Shown here one piece after another: positions 1-9,506 of a DNA stretch of 64,000 nt (position 1 is the first letter of the stretch; every line of letters starts with the position of its first letter). Made by a program: the position numbers and the translations under genes. The DNA comes from Myxococcales bacterium (GTDB taxonomy: Bacteria > Myxococcota_A > Polyangia > Polyangiales > Polyangiaceae): assembly GCA_016704525.1 (NCBI GenBank), contig JADIZX010000009.1, positions 106,625 to 170,624 of the forward strand, given 5' to 3'. Under the pieces are notes generated by a model. The model was not told the DNA's origin and did no database searches. It saw only the letters and a list, made by a program, of their open reading frames with translations.

Positions 1-307
1 CGCCCGAGGGATACATCGTCCGGGAGGCCGCCGGAACGATCGCGAGACTCCGCGCCCGGCTGGAGCAGGCGCGCGAGCTGGAGCGCCTCCGCTGGACCCT
101 TGACCACATTCGCGTCGACGCGCCGAAGCCGGAGCCGCGCGCCGCTGACAGTGACGATTCTAGCCCCGACGACGATCGTTGACGATCTTTGTATCCGAGT
201 TCGGTTGACACGATGATCGAGCGGGGCTAAGAACACTCTCGTGGGGTGAGCATCATCGGGCATCACGCCCGATGGGCACGTGCGCCCGAGACCCGAGGAG
301 AGTTCAA

Positions 308-712
308 ATGCCGACCGTCAACACGCTCAAGAAGAGCGACATCACGCACACCGTCGTCGTCCGCGGCCCATGGAGGGGCAAGAACTACACGAAGGAAACG
401 ATCCTCATGTCCTTCACCTCGCAAGGCGACGCGGAAGCGTACGCCAACGAGCTCGTGGCCAAGGAGGTGGGACCGCTTTCCGAGTCCGCGTGGGGCTGGT
501 CCACGACGAACGAGAAGGAGGGCTGGACCATCGCCGTCCGCTACGACACGAGCGCGATCCACGGCGCTGCGCGCAAGCTCGAAGTGTCGCACGCCGAGGT
601 GGGCATCGCGTGCCAGATCGCCAGCCTGAATCAGGGACCGCTCACCCCCAAGAAGGCGACCGCGCTCCTTCGTGGCGTCCAGGCCCTCGCCGCGGAGCTT
701 GAGAAGCCGTGA
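308..712 (+). CDS. hypothetical protein (prophage)
   Basis: ATG preceded by a GAGGAG RBS; 134 aa ORF with normal composition. Confidence 0.45.
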   Translation: MPTVNTLKKSDITHTVVVRGPWRGKNYTKETILMSFTSQGDAEAYANELVAKEVGPLSESAWGWSTTNEKEGWTIAVRYDTSAIHGAARKLEVSHAEVGIACQIASLNQGPLTPKKATALLRGVQALAAELEKP

Positions 713-793
713 ACGCCAGCCGGCAACCCGAGACCATCGCTCACCCGACCGACCCGACAGACGCGATGATGAACCGCGGGGCTCATCCGGTTC

Positions 794-1051
794 TTGTGGG
801 ATCTCGACCTCGACGCGATCGGCAACGGCCCCAAGCGGGCGGCGATCCACGCATGGCGTGAGCGTGTGCTCGCGGTCCAACGCGCATGCACCGTGATGGC
901 CTGCCCGCCGAGCCTGGACGATCTCTTGTGGACGCACGGACACGGCGACGCGCTCGATGCGTTCCTGCACCGGGGCAACCGGGAGGCGGGAACGTTCTTC
1001 CAGGTCGACTCGGACGCGCTGTTCAACATCATCCTCTCCGAGCCGGCATGA
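794..1051 (+). CDS. hypothetical protein (prophage)
   Basis: TTG start; its stop TGA overlaps the downstream ATG (ATGA coupling). Confidence 0.35.
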   Translation: MWDLDLDAIGNGPKRAAIHAWRERVLAVQRACTVMACPPSLDDLLWTHGHGDALDAFLHRGNREAGTFFQVDSDALFNIILSEPA

Positions 1052-1410
1052 GCCCCGAAGAGGAGCTCTACACGCAGCACGTCTTGGCGCGCAGCGGGTG
1101 GGGCGAGGGCAGCGTGACGCGAGCGGCGCTCGTCAAGCGCTGGACCAGGAACGACTTCGACGTTGCCGCCTGGTACCGCTTCAAGAACCGCCCCGACCCC
1201 AAGCCGAAAAAGCTCACCGTCGAAGGCGTCGACCGCCTGCTCGCGGCGCTCGTCGGGCATGGCCTGCTCACCGTCGACGGTGAGACCTACCGGGCGACCG
1301 AGGCCGCGATCGTGCGCTTCCCCAAGCCGCCGCCGCCACCACCACCGATCGTGAACACCAAGGAGATCACGATCTGGGCTCGGGTCATTCCGATCCGTGC
1401 CACCCCGTAA
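1048..1410 (+). CDS. hypothetical protein with C-terminal poly-Pro tract (prophage)
   Basis: ATGA overlap with the upstream ORF; protein-like sequence MSPEEELYTQHVLARSGWGEG. Confidence 0.45.
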   Translation: MSPEEELYTQHVLARSGWGEGSVTRAALVKRWTRNDFDVAAWYRFKNRPDPKPKKLTVEGVDRLLAALVGHGLLTVDGETYRATEAAIVRFPKPPPPPPPIVNTKEITIWARVIPIRATP

Positions 1411-1671
1411 AGAGAAGCCTCGCGAGGATTGCCGTCCCCGCGAGGCTCGAGTGTCGACCCCGAACCGCGAAGAACAGGAGCAACGATTGAAGCCTACCAG
1501 CATTCAGACAGACGTCACCCACCCCGAAGCGATTCAGCCGGTCAAGAGAAATCGACCGAAGGCCGAGCGCGTGATCCGGTACTGGCCCACGAGCATGCGC
1601 GAGGAGATCGACCGGCCGATCCCGTTCGCCGTCTGCCCGCCGTCGAGCACCTACCCGAGCGCACGCGCCGC

Positions 1672-1899
1672 ATGCGCTCGAAGGACGGTGACGAAGTGAC
1701 CGCCCGCGCGAAGACCTCCGCGCCGCCCGGTCAACTCAGCACGGCCGAGGCGCACGGCATCGCAATCGAGGGCGCAGCGTCGACCCTCTCGGCGCTCATG
1801 CTCGGCGTGGAGCACGGGATGCCCGACGGCGAGGTGTGCGAGGTGCTGTGGAGTGTGCGGGACCGGCTGCGCGCCGTGGGAAAGGAGATGCTCCCGTGA
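1672..1899 (+). CDS. hypothetical protein (prophage); start uncertain
   Basis: The C-terminal 75 aa look protein-like; the upstream part of the longer ORF is low-complexity. Confidence 0.3.
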   Translation: MRSKDGDEVTARAKTSAPPGQLSTAEAHGIAIEGAASTLSALMLGVEHGMPDGEVCEVLWSVRDRLRAVGKEMLP

Positions 1900-2330
1900 G
1901 CGCCGACGCCATCGCCGCCGGCCTCGCCGCACGCGTCCGACAGGAGGGCCGGGACCACGACGAGCTCCGAGAGCTCCTCTTGGAACGCGCCGACGTGCCC
2001 ATGCACGGATCCGATCTCCACTCCGCCCTCGCGTGGGCGAGGGAGCGGGCGGGGCTGCGGGACACGGTCGGACGCTCGCCGTTTGGCGACCTCGTAGCGG
2101 CCGATCGGGGGGTCGAGGTGCCCGACGTCCTCGAGGGTGTCGCCCGCGATCTGCGGTACCAGGCGCGCGCCGTCGACGCCGACGACGAGATCCTTCTGTC
2201 CGATGCGTTGCTCGCCGCCGCGAACCGCATCGAGGCGTGCGCGGAGCTTGTGCGGCTGGAGATGAGCGCGTGGCGGCATGTCGTGGCGTATGCGGGCGAG
2301 GCGCGAGAGGCCGAAGAGGCCGCGGAGTGA
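1896..2330 (+). CDS. hypothetical protein (prophage)
   Basis: GTG start in a GTGA overlap with the upstream stop; AAAGGAG RBS upstream. Confidence 0.45.
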   Translation: MSADAIAAGLAARVRQEGRDHDELRELLLERADVPMHGSDLHSALAWARERAGLRDTVGRSPFGDLVAADRGVEVPDVLEGVARDLRYQARAVDADDEILLSDALLAAANRIEACAELVRLEMSAWRHVVAYAGEAREAEEAAE

Positions 2331-2478
2331 GCGGGGCTCGAAAACTAAACTCGAGGGCCTTCGATTGCCGCAACCGACCGCAATCGTTGGACTAAACGGG
2401 GAACAAGAGGGACTCGGGAGGCTGACACGGCGCGTCAGGCGCGCACAATCTTGGGGCGGGAAAGGTCATCTTGGGACG

Positions 2479-2495
2479 CTAGACGCAGCGTCTAG
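2479..2495. promoter_or_regulatory. 17-bp perfect palindrome CTAGACGC-A-GCGTCTAG immediately upstream of the HTH gene start; candidate operator
   Basis: Seen directly in the sequence; ends 2 nt before the ATG at 2497. Confidence 0.45.
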
Positions 2496-2496
2496 T

Positions 2497-2742
2497 ATGA
2501 CGTCTCCGCTTCCTCCCCCGGTCGACACGGCAGCAACCGACACCGAAGACGCCGCGCCCGACAGCGCCCGCGCGCTGGTCGGGGCCGCCGTCACAATGCA
2601 CACCGCGAACGTCGTCGCGAAGGCCATGGGGCTTTCGCGGCCGACGCTGGTTGGCTGGCTGGCAGGCTCATGCCGCCAGTCGACCGACGACTCGGTACGC
2701 GCACGCCTGCCGCTTCTTGCGGGGCTCGCCGCGAAACCATGA
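2497..2742 (+). CDS. HTH DNA-binding protein (Cro/CI-like regulator candidate)
   Basis: Motif AKAMGLSRPTLVGWLAG resembles a helix-turn-helix; a palindrome overlaps its start region. Confidence 0.45.
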   Translation: MTSPLPPPVDTAATDTEDAAPDSARALVGAAVTMHTANVVAKAMGLSRPTLVGWLAGSCRQSTDDSVRARLPLLAGLAAKP

Positions 2743-2810
2743 CCACAAAAGGCTATCGGCCGCGACCCAACCGCCAAGCGGGTCAACGGCCGATTCGGAG
2801 AGTTGAGAAC

Positions 2811-2981
2811 ATGGTTCTTCCGCAAGAACAAGTCCAGTCCCTCACGCGCACCCTCGCGCGCCTCCGCGTGGCGATCAAGCTCGTGGTGCAGATCGATGCG
2901 GCCTCGCTCCGGCGCGACCGCGCGGTGTCCGCGCTGGCGATCGTGGACGTGCTCGAGCGCGAGATCGGGGTGAGCAAGTGA
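2811..2981 (+). CDS. small hypothetical protein (prophage)
   Basis: ATG with a GGAGAG RBS; its stop overlaps the GTG start of the primase gene. Confidence 0.35.
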   Translation: MVLPQEQVQSLTRTLARLRVAIKLVVQIDAASLRRDRAVSALAIVDVLEREIGVSK

Positions 2982-3922
2982 GGAATCCGGGCGACGACTC
3001 CGGCGACCTCGCGGGCGAGGCTCCGCGCATCGGGGAGCACCTCCCGGTGAGGGTGTACGCCAGTCTCACGGATACGATCGGCGAGCGCTACCGCGTCGAG
3101 CTGGATCACATCCTGGCACACCCTCGGAGCGTGGCGCGCAAGGCCGACCTGCCGCTGTGGGCGCTGGTCGAGAGCGACGGGGAAGGGTGCTCTCGTGCCC
3201 ACGTTCTAACCGTCCACGCGCTCGTGCTCGACGTCGACGCGACCGACGCGGAGACCTTTGACGAGCTCGTGCGGCGTCTCGCGGTCCTCAACCTCGCCCT
3301 GTGGCTCCACACGACTCCTAGTCACCGGCTCGGCGCGGTCCGCGCCCGCCTCATCATCCCGGCGACCATGCCGCCCGTCGACGCCCTGGCGATCGGTCGC
3401 GTGCTCTCGGAGGTGCTCTCCGGCGCTGGCGTAGAGTGCGACCCGCAGGCGCGCGACCTCGACACGAGGCGATCCTACATGCCCGGCCGCGTCGACGGTG
3501 GCCCCTATGAGTGGCGTCGACTCGACGGTGAACCGCTCGACGTTGCCGCGTGGCGGGCCGTAGCAGAGGACCGCGAGAGGGCAGCGCGAGAGGAGCGAGA
3601 GGCGAGGCGTCGGGCCTACGTGGCGCGACCTCGCGAGGCCGGCGCCGCGTCGTTGCTCGAGCGTGCTCGCCTGTACGCCGCGAAGGTGCCCGGCGCTGTC
3701 TCGGGCGCGGGTGGCCACGCGGCGACGTGGAAGCTTGCGCTGGTCCTCGTCGGCGGGTTCGGGCTCGACGACGCCGACGCGCTCGAGATCATGACCGCGT
3801 GGAACACCACATGCTCGCCGCCGTGGCATGAGCGAGATCTCGCGAGGAAGATCACCCAGGCTCGCGAGCACGGTCGCGTGGACGTCGGGTTCCTGGTCGA
3901 CGCGCCTCGGAGGACAGCATGA
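2978..3922 (+). CDS. primase-polymerase-like protein with C-terminal PriCT_1-like motif
   Basis: C-terminal GGHAATWKLALVLVGGFGLDDADALEIMTAWNTTCSPPWHERDLARKITQARE matches the primase C-terminal 1 signature pattern (memory-based recognition). Confidence 0.55.
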   Translation: MRNPGDDSGDLAGEAPRIGEHLPVRVYASLTDTIGERYRVELDHILAHPRSVARKADLPLWALVESDGEGCSRAHVLTVHALVLDVDATDAETFDELVRRLAVLNLALWLHTTPSHRLGAVRARLIIPATMPPVDALAIGRVLSEVLSGAGVECDPQARDLDTRRSYMPGRVDGGPYEWRRLDGEPLDVAAWRAVAEDRERAAREEREARRRAYVARPREAGAASLLERARLYAAKVPGAVSGAGGHAATWKLALVLVGGFGLDDADALEIMTAWNTTCSPPWHERDLARKITQAREHGRVDVGFLVDAPRRTA

Positions 3923-4143
3923 GCGACCAGCCCACGAAGGTCCTCAGCATCGTTGCAGCGCTGGCCAAGCGGCGGAAGGCGCCCGACGTCACGCCCGACG
4001 CCGACGACGAGCGCCCGACGCTCGTCTACCAGCCGGAGAACCTGCACACCGCCTGCGCCGAAGTCGTCGACGTGCTCGCCGCCACGCCCAACGTCTTCGA
4101 GCGCGGAGGCGCTCGTGCGCGTCGCCGGAGCCGTAGACTATGA
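3919..4143 (+). CDS. small hypothetical protein; overlaps the start of the downstream NTPase gene in another frame
   Basis: ATGA coupling with the primase stop; 74 aa. Confidence 0.35.
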   Translation: MSDQPTKVLSIVAALAKRRKAPDVTPDADDERPTLVYQPENLHTACAEVVDVLAATPNVFERGGARARRRSRRL

Positions 4144-5620
4144 GCCCGGCCCGACAGGTGCCGTGCTCGAGCGCGCGGCGGCAAACGACGACGAGCGCGC
4201 AGCACTCAAGCGCGAGCCAAGAGTCATCCCGTACTCGCCGCCGACTCTCCGCGCACTGCTCGCGTCGCGTCTCATCGTGGGCAAAACGACGCTGGACAAG
4301 TCCACGGGCGAGTGGGCGTTTCGTCCGTGTCGCGCGCCCGACGATCTCGTCTCGGCTATCCTCGAGGCCGGCGCCTGGACAGACAGAATCCCCACCCTGA
4401 AAGGGATCTCGGAAACCGCGTTCCTGCGCCCCGACGGCACCCTCGCGGCGTCGCAGGGCTTCGACCGGCAGACGGGATACTTCCTCGCGCCGACGTCGAC
4501 GGTGCTCGACGTGGCAGACCGCCCGACCCAGGCCGACGCGGCCGAAGCGCTCGCCGAACTGGAAGAGGTGTTCGCCGATTTCCCGTACGTGGATCGGTCG
4601 CATGCGATGGTCCCGATCGCTGCGATCCTCACGCTGCTAGCACGCCCCGCAATCGAGGGCAGCGTGCCCGGCTTCATAGCTGACGCGAGCACCCGAGGCA
4701 GCGGCAAGAGCCTGCAGACCGACGCTATCAGCACGATCGGGATCGGGCGCTCTACCGCGAAGATGAGTTGGCCCCCGGACGCGACGGAGCTCGAGAAAGT
4801 GCTTTCGGCCTACGCGCTCCGCGGCGCCGTGTGCGTCAACTTCGACAACGTTTCGAGCGGCTTCGGTGGCGCGCCGCTGGACAAGTGCCTAACCGCGGTC
4901 GACACGGTGGAGCTTCGCGTGCTGGGAAAGAGCGAGGTGCCCGCGGTCGCGTGGCGAGCCGTCATCCTCGCAACCGGAAACAACGTCGAGATCCTCGGAG
5001 ACACGACGCGCCGCGTGCTCGTCTCGCGAGTCGAGTCGCCGCTCGAGAACCCCGAGGACCGCACCGACTTTCGGCACCCCGACCTGCTCGCGTGGGTCCG
5101 CGACAATCGCCCCCGGCTCGTGCGCGCCGCTCTGACCATCCTACGGGGCTTCGTCGCGGCCGGCCGCCCGTCTCAAGGGCTCCGCGCGTGGGGCTCGTTC
5201 GAGGCGTGGAGCGCGCTGGTTCCGACCGCGATCGTATGGGCCGGTGGGGCTGACGTCATGGCCTGCCGACCCGAGGCAGGTACCAGCATCGAGCCGGAGA
5301 AGGCCGCCCTTCTCGCGGTGCTCGAGCACTGGCCGACTCTCACCGGCGGAGTGCCGACAACAACGAAGCGGGCGCTCGCCGCGCTCTACCCCGCCAAGAG
5401 CCCGGGCGAGCGACTACCGCCCGACGGCTTCGACGATCTCCGCGATGCGCTCGAGAGCGTGACGAACGCAAAGCCGGGATTCGCGCCGAGCCCGAAGTCG
5501 GTTGGGTACTTCCTCGCGAGGGTGTGCGGGCGCTGGGCAGAGGGCAAGCGACTGGCCCGGCGAGACGACCGGAAGGGCTTCACTGAGTGGCGAGTGGAAA
5601 CCCGGAAGGTGGGCCAGTGA
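4115..5620 (+). CDS. phage/plasmid primase-helicase-like NTPase (P4/D5-type C-terminal domain candidate)
   Basis: Walker A motif RGSGKS; GTG start with a GGAGG RBS 6 nt upstream. The longer upstream ORF extension is low-complexity. Possible +1 frame fusion with the 3919 ORF. Confidence 0.5.
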   Translation: MRVAGAVDYEPGPTGAVLERAAANDDERAALKREPRVIPYSPPTLRALLASRLIVGKTTLDKSTGEWAFRPCRAPDDLVSAILEAGAWTDRIPTLKGISETAFLRPDGTLAASQGFDRQTGYFLAPTSTVLDVADRPTQADAAEALAELEEVFADFPYVDRSHAMVPIAAILTLLARPAIEGSVPGFIADASTRGSGKSLQTDAISTIGIGRSTAKMSWPPDATELEKVLSAYALRGAVCVNFDNVSSGFGGAPLDKCLTAVDTVELRVLGKSEVPAVAWRAVILATGNNVEILGDTTRRVLVSRVESPLENPEDRTDFRHPDLLAWVRDNRPRLVRAALTILRGFVAAGRPSQGLRAWGSFEAWSALVPTAIVWAGGADVMACRPEAGTSIEPEKAALLAVLEHWPTLTGGVPTTTKRALAALYPAKSPGERLPPDGFDDLRDALESVTNAKPGFAPSPKSVGYFLARVCGRWAEGKRLARRDDRKGFTEWRVETRKVGQ

Positions 5621-5657
5621 GAAAGGGCAATGATTCCAGCTATGACATTCGTGTCGC

Positions 5658-5766
5658 GCCGACTCTGCCGACTCCTGCCGATTACTTTTCGGTACCCCGT
5701 GGGATGAAATCGTTTTCACCCTGGAAGGGCTGGGAACTAGTCGGCAAGACTCGGCAGAGTCGGCAT
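5658..5766. repeat. Iteron-like inverted repeats (3x TGCCGA(CTC) facing 3x TCGGCA) in a lower-GC ORF-poor spacer; candidate replication origin or regulatory region
   Basis: gccgactctgccg at 5658-5670 is the exact reverse complement of cggcagagtcggc at 5752-5764; each arm has 3 tandem hexamer copies. Confidence 0.4.
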
Positions 5767-6135
5767 TTCGCTACATGCGCCCACATCCTGGCACACCCTC
5801 TCGCGACTCCCGGTGACAGCGGCGCGAGAGACGAGAGGGGTTTGCCAGTGGGAGCACGACTCCTCGCGCCACGATGCCCCACGCGGGCCTTGCGGTCGCA
5901 GGGTGTCCCGATGGTCACCCCGGTCTCGAAAGGCCCGCACAGGCCAACGTCGACGGTACTTGCAGAGTGCATGGGTATTACCCCGGCCGGGTCCAGCCTT
6001 CCGCGTCCACTTTGCCTCCACCCGATGATTTTTCGCGCACTAAATCAACGGCTTAACTCAATTCGACCCGTAGGAAGAGCATGACTCGCCCCCAAGAAAG
6101 CAGCGCCCGCATGGGCGAACCAGTGGCTTCACCAG

Positions 6136-6999
6136 GTGGCATACACCGGGCGGCCCAACGAGCGGTTGGCTGGTGAGGCCGCCGCCCGTGGCTGGCGCGT
6201 GAGCCCCGCGACCATCGGCCGCCGCCTGCACGAGATCCGTGGGAGCAGGCGCAGCGGCAAGAACGGCTGGACGCCGCCCGGCGCTCGAGCTCCGGTGGCC
6301 GCCATCGCTCAGCCGGTGGCCGAGACCAAACGCCTCGTCTCGCTCCTCTCAGAGGGCGCACCCGAGAGCGAGCCCGACTTCATCGCCTCGCTCTTCTCCG
6401 CGCAGGCCGAAGCGCTGGACGATCCCACCGTCGAGGCCGAGCGCCAGCGCCTGAGCGCCGCTCTCTCGGACGCCGAGAGCCACGACGAGATGAGCGCCAT
6501 CGAGCTCGAGATCGCGATGTTGGATCCGGTCGTGGCGCACTACCTCGCCGCCGGTGACTCGAGGGTGCTCGCGCTCAGCATCGCTGGTCACTCGCCGCTC
6601 ATCTTGAGCCGACCCGAGGACCTAGCGGAGCTTGCCTCGCTCGTCACGTACGGGCCCGAGCTGGAGCAGGAAGAGGGCGAGTCAGACGAGGACTTCGCCC
6701 GGTGCATCGGAGCCCGCCGGCTCCGCGCGATCGAACTGCTCACGCAGGCGCTGACCATCATCGTCACATCGAAAGAGGAGTCAAGACCCGCCACCGACAC
6801 CACACACCCGAGGTGCTCTACATCGTCCGCCGCTCCACGCCGACCGTGCCGGCGCCGCCGCCCGCCCTCGACCTCTCGCGAGCTGGCACGCTCTGCCGCC
6901 GCGACCTCGCCGCGGAGCTGGGGCCGGGCTGGTCACGGTCGATCATCCTGCGCCCCGCGAGCGTGCTCATCCGGTCCGACCATCACGGGGTGCCCGTAG
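6136..6999 (+). CDS. hypothetical protein with N-terminal HTH-like segment; only the first ~220 codons look coding, with a likely frame switch near 6800
   Basis: GTG start; protein-like until ~6790, then R/P/S-rich junk; the adjacent frame becomes protein-like from ~6810. Confidence 0.3.
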   Translation: MAYTGRPNERLAGEAAARGWRVSPATIGRRLHEIRGSRRSGKNGWTPPGARAPVAAIAQPVAETKRLVSLLSEGAPESEPDFIASLFSAQAEALDDPTVEAERQRLSAALSDAESHDEMSAIELEIAMLDPVVAHYLAAGDSRVLALSIAGHSPLILSRPEDLAELASLVTYGPELEQEEGESDEDFARCIGARRLRAIELLTQALTIIVTSKEESRPATDTTHPRCSTSSAAPRRPCRRRRPPSTSRELARSAAATSPRSWGRAGHGRSSCAPRACSSGPTITGCP

Positions 7000-7271
7000 G
7001 TGGCGCTGTGGAGCTCGCGGCCGACCACGTACCGGCCGCCCTTGCCGCCATCGCCTCCGCTCGTCGGGGCGAGGTCACGCGTACCGCCCTGTACCTGCCC
7101 GACACCCTGCGGCACGTCCGCGCCACCACGGACGCCGACGGCTTGCGCCTGCGCGTGCGCGCTCAGCAGCGGCTCCGGATCGGACCGCGACCTATCCCGC
7201 TCGACGCCCGGGAGCTCGACGCCCTGCAGGCCGCGCTCGTCACGCTGGCCAGTATCGTGAGGGCCGCATGA
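6813..7271 (+). CDS. hypothetical protein (possibly the C-terminal part of a frameshifted gene)
   Basis: Protein-like translation; stop overlaps the ATG at 7268. Confidence 0.3.
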   Translation: MLYIVRRSTPTVPAPPPALDLSRAGTLCRRDLAAELGPGWSRSIILRPASVLIRSDHHGVPVGGAVELAADHVPAALAAIASARRGEVTRTALYLPDTLRHVRATTDADGLRLRVRAQQRLRIGPRPIPLDARELDALQAALVTLASIVRAA

Positions 7272-7627
7272 GCGAGACTGTCTTCGCCGCCCGCGCCAAA
7301 AACGGTGTGGTCCGCTCGATCGAGCGGAGCGACACCGCGGTGGAGATCGTCCGGGCGACCCTCTCGTGCGAGCTAAGCCGCACAGTGATCCGAGCCGAGC
7401 ACGCGGCCGAGGTCCTGCGCCTGCTCGCCGCGGGCGATGGGTGCGCCACCCTCAAGGGTCCGGACGGGCAGAACCTCGCGGTCGCGGTTCTTGCGATCGA
7501 CTCGACCGTGACCCTGCAGCGCTTGCGCCGGAGCCGAGCCGACGGCCTGGCGGTCGTCCTCCGCGGCGACGAGATCGACGCGCTACGCACCGGGCTCAAG
7601 CGCCTCGCGGCCGAGGTGGCGGCATGA
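7268..7627 (+). CDS. hypothetical protein (prophage)
   Basis: ATGA coupling on both sides. Confidence 0.45.
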   Translation: MSETVFAARAKNGVVRSIERSDTAVEIVRATLSCELSRTVIRAEHAAEVLRLLAAGDGCATLKGPDGQNLAVAVLAIDSTVTLQRLRRSRADGLAVVLRGDEIDALRTGLKRLAAEVAA

Positions 7628-8127
7628 CGCTCTCGACCATGACCGACCGCCGCGAGCACTACGCCGCGCGCATGCTCGGCGGCCGCCGCGAACTGCACGT
7701 GGTCACCGGCTGGCTTGGCTTCGCGCGCGTCGTGGCCGTCGAGCTCGTGGTGCCCGACCGTGGCGAGGTAGTGTCACGCCGGGCGATTCGCTCAGATCGA
7801 CTCGCCCCGCTGCGCGCCGCGCTCGAGCACACCGAGATCACGCCGGAGCCCGTGGTCTTCGGCGCCGCACAGGCGCACCGTGGGGTCGCGGTCCGCGTGA
7901 GCGCGTGGTGCACGCGGCATGGCACCACGATCGCACTGCGGTACATCGCGGTCGAGACCGGGGAGCCGCTCGGGTGGGCGATCGAGCTCCGCGATCCCGA
8001 GGCGCTCGACGGCCTACGCCGCGCGATTGTCGCGCTCGACGCCGCGGCCGAAGCGCCGACCGCGAACGACGACGGCCTCACGCGTCGCCCCGAGAAAAAC
8101 CGGGGATGGGAGCCCCGCCGCGCATGA
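7624..8127 (+). CDS. hypothetical protein (prophage)
   Basis: ATGA coupling; 167 aa. Confidence 0.45.
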   Translation: MTLSTMTDRREHYAARMLGGRRELHVVTGWLGFARVVAVELVVPDRGEVVSRRAIRSDRLAPLRAALEHTEITPEPVVFGAAQAHRGVAVRVSAWCTRHGTTIALRYIAVETGEPLGWAIELRDPEALDGLRRAIVALDAAAEAPTANDDGLTRRPEKNRGWEPRRA

Positions 8128-9071
8128 CCACCCATCGATCGGGCCCGCCCGCCGAGCACCTTCGCATTTACGCCAGGAGCCTCGGGCTTCCCGAGGACGC
8201 CGACCTTGCAACCGTCGTCGCCGCCATCCGCGCATGCCGCGCGGCCGGTGTCGCCCGACCCGACCAGATCCCCACACGTGCATTGTGCACGGAAAGCCGA
8301 GCCACCATGGCAAACCATCCAGCCGCCCGAGACTGTCGCACCGCCACCCTCGCCGCCAAAGCGGCCTCCAAGATCCTCACCGCCGCGCAGATCCTCGCCG
8401 CCTCCGCGGAGGAGCTCGTCGCGTTCGCCGCGTCGTTGCTGCCGCGAGAGCTGGACGCCGCTCTGTACGCGGTACGAGCCGACGAGGCCGCGGTCGCGCG
8501 GCTCAAGGCGGCAGCGCACGCCGCGGCCTTCGGGGTGCCGATGCTGGAGCCTGCCGCGCCGGCCGGTACCGCGTCGCTCGCCGCCCGACGCCGCGCCTAC
8601 ATGGCGTTGGCTGTGGACTGGAGAAACCAACCCGCGCTCACCAGCGAGATCGGCGAACGCGTACTCGCGATGGCCGTCGCCGGCGACTTGCTCGAGTTCA
8701 TCGGTTCGATTTCGGATGCCGACCTCGCCGATCTCTACCGCCGCCTGAAGCTGTCATCGCGCACCAAGCAGGCCGCCGAGGCGCTGTACGCAGCGGCCGG
8801 GCTCCGTGCCATGGCGGAGCGCTACGCCGCGCCGCTCGCACACGTGGCGCCGCCGGCCGACAACGCGCCGGAGCTGCCGACGGCCGGTAAGCTCAGCGCT
8901 CGCGAAAAAGCCATGTGCGCGGAGTTCGGCACCGACGAGCGCGTGTACTTGCGCATGCGCGACGAGCGCGACGCGAAGAACGCAAAGGCCGACGCCGCCC
9001 GGCTGGCACGCCGCACCGCCGACCGCGCGGCGGTCGCTCGCGCTGCCGCGTCGCTTCGGGGTGCGAAGTGA
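8124..9071 (+). CDS. hypothetical protein (prophage)
   Basis: ATGA coupling; 315 aa. Confidence 0.45.
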   Translation: MTTHRSGPPAEHLRIYARSLGLPEDADLATVVAAIRACRAAGVARPDQIPTRALCTESRATMANHPAARDCRTATLAAKAASKILTAAQILAASAEELVAFAASLLPRELDAALYAVRADEAAVARLKAAAHAAAFGVPMLEPAAPAGTASLAARRRAYMALAVDWRNQPALTSEIGERVLAMAVAGDLLEFIGSISDADLADLYRRLKLSSRTKQAAEALYAAAGLRAMAERYAAPLAHVAPPADNAPELPTAGKLSAREKAMCAEFGTDERVYLRMRDERDAKNAKADAARLARRTADRAAVARAAASLRGAK

Positions 9072-9307
9072 GCGCGCCTGCTACGGGCTCCGCGCCCGCG
9101 ACCGTGACCGACGTGTTCCGCTTCGCGAAGACGGTCTCCGACTGCAGCATCGAGTCACTCGCGATCCTCCGCGAGGACATCACGGCGCTCCACGGCATCG
9201 TGAGCGAGGAGCGCAAGCTCATCTCACGCATGGTGGACGTCATCGTGGCCATGACCGCACGCCTCGACACTCTCGAGGCCGCCGCCAAAACCGACAGGCA
9301 AGGGTGA
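9068..9307 (+). CDS. hypothetical protein (prophage)
   Basis: GTGA coupling. Confidence 0.4.
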   Translation: MSAPATGSAPATVTDVFRFAKTVSDCSIESLAILREDITALHGIVSEERKLISRMVDVIVAMTARLDTLEAAAKTDRQG

Positions 9308-9312
9308 CCACC

Positions 9313-9498
9313 ATGAGTGTCTATCCCTACGGCGATCGTAAGTGCGGAACCACGCGGCTCGTCAAGAAGTCGCCGGAGCCCTCGCCCGACACCCTCTCTC
9401 CCACCTTGCTCGAGCTCGCCCGTCGGCGCCTCGGGCTTCCCTCCCATGCCACGAGATCCGAGATCATCGCGGCCCTCAACGCACATTTCACCCCGTGA
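9313..9498 (+). CDS. small hypothetical protein (prophage)
   Basis: ATG 6 nt after the upstream stop. Confidence 0.35.
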   Translation: MSVYPYGDRKCGTTRLVKKSPEPSPDTLSPTLLELARRRLGLPSHATRSEIIAALNAHFTP

Positions 9499-9506
9499 GA
9501 TCATAC

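Noticed and set aside
5587-6084. 165-aa ORF across the lower-GC spacer after the primase/NTPase gene
   Set aside because: Its composition is unlike the neighbouring genes, and the region carries iteron-like inverted repeats. It is more plausibly a noncoding origin/regulatory region.
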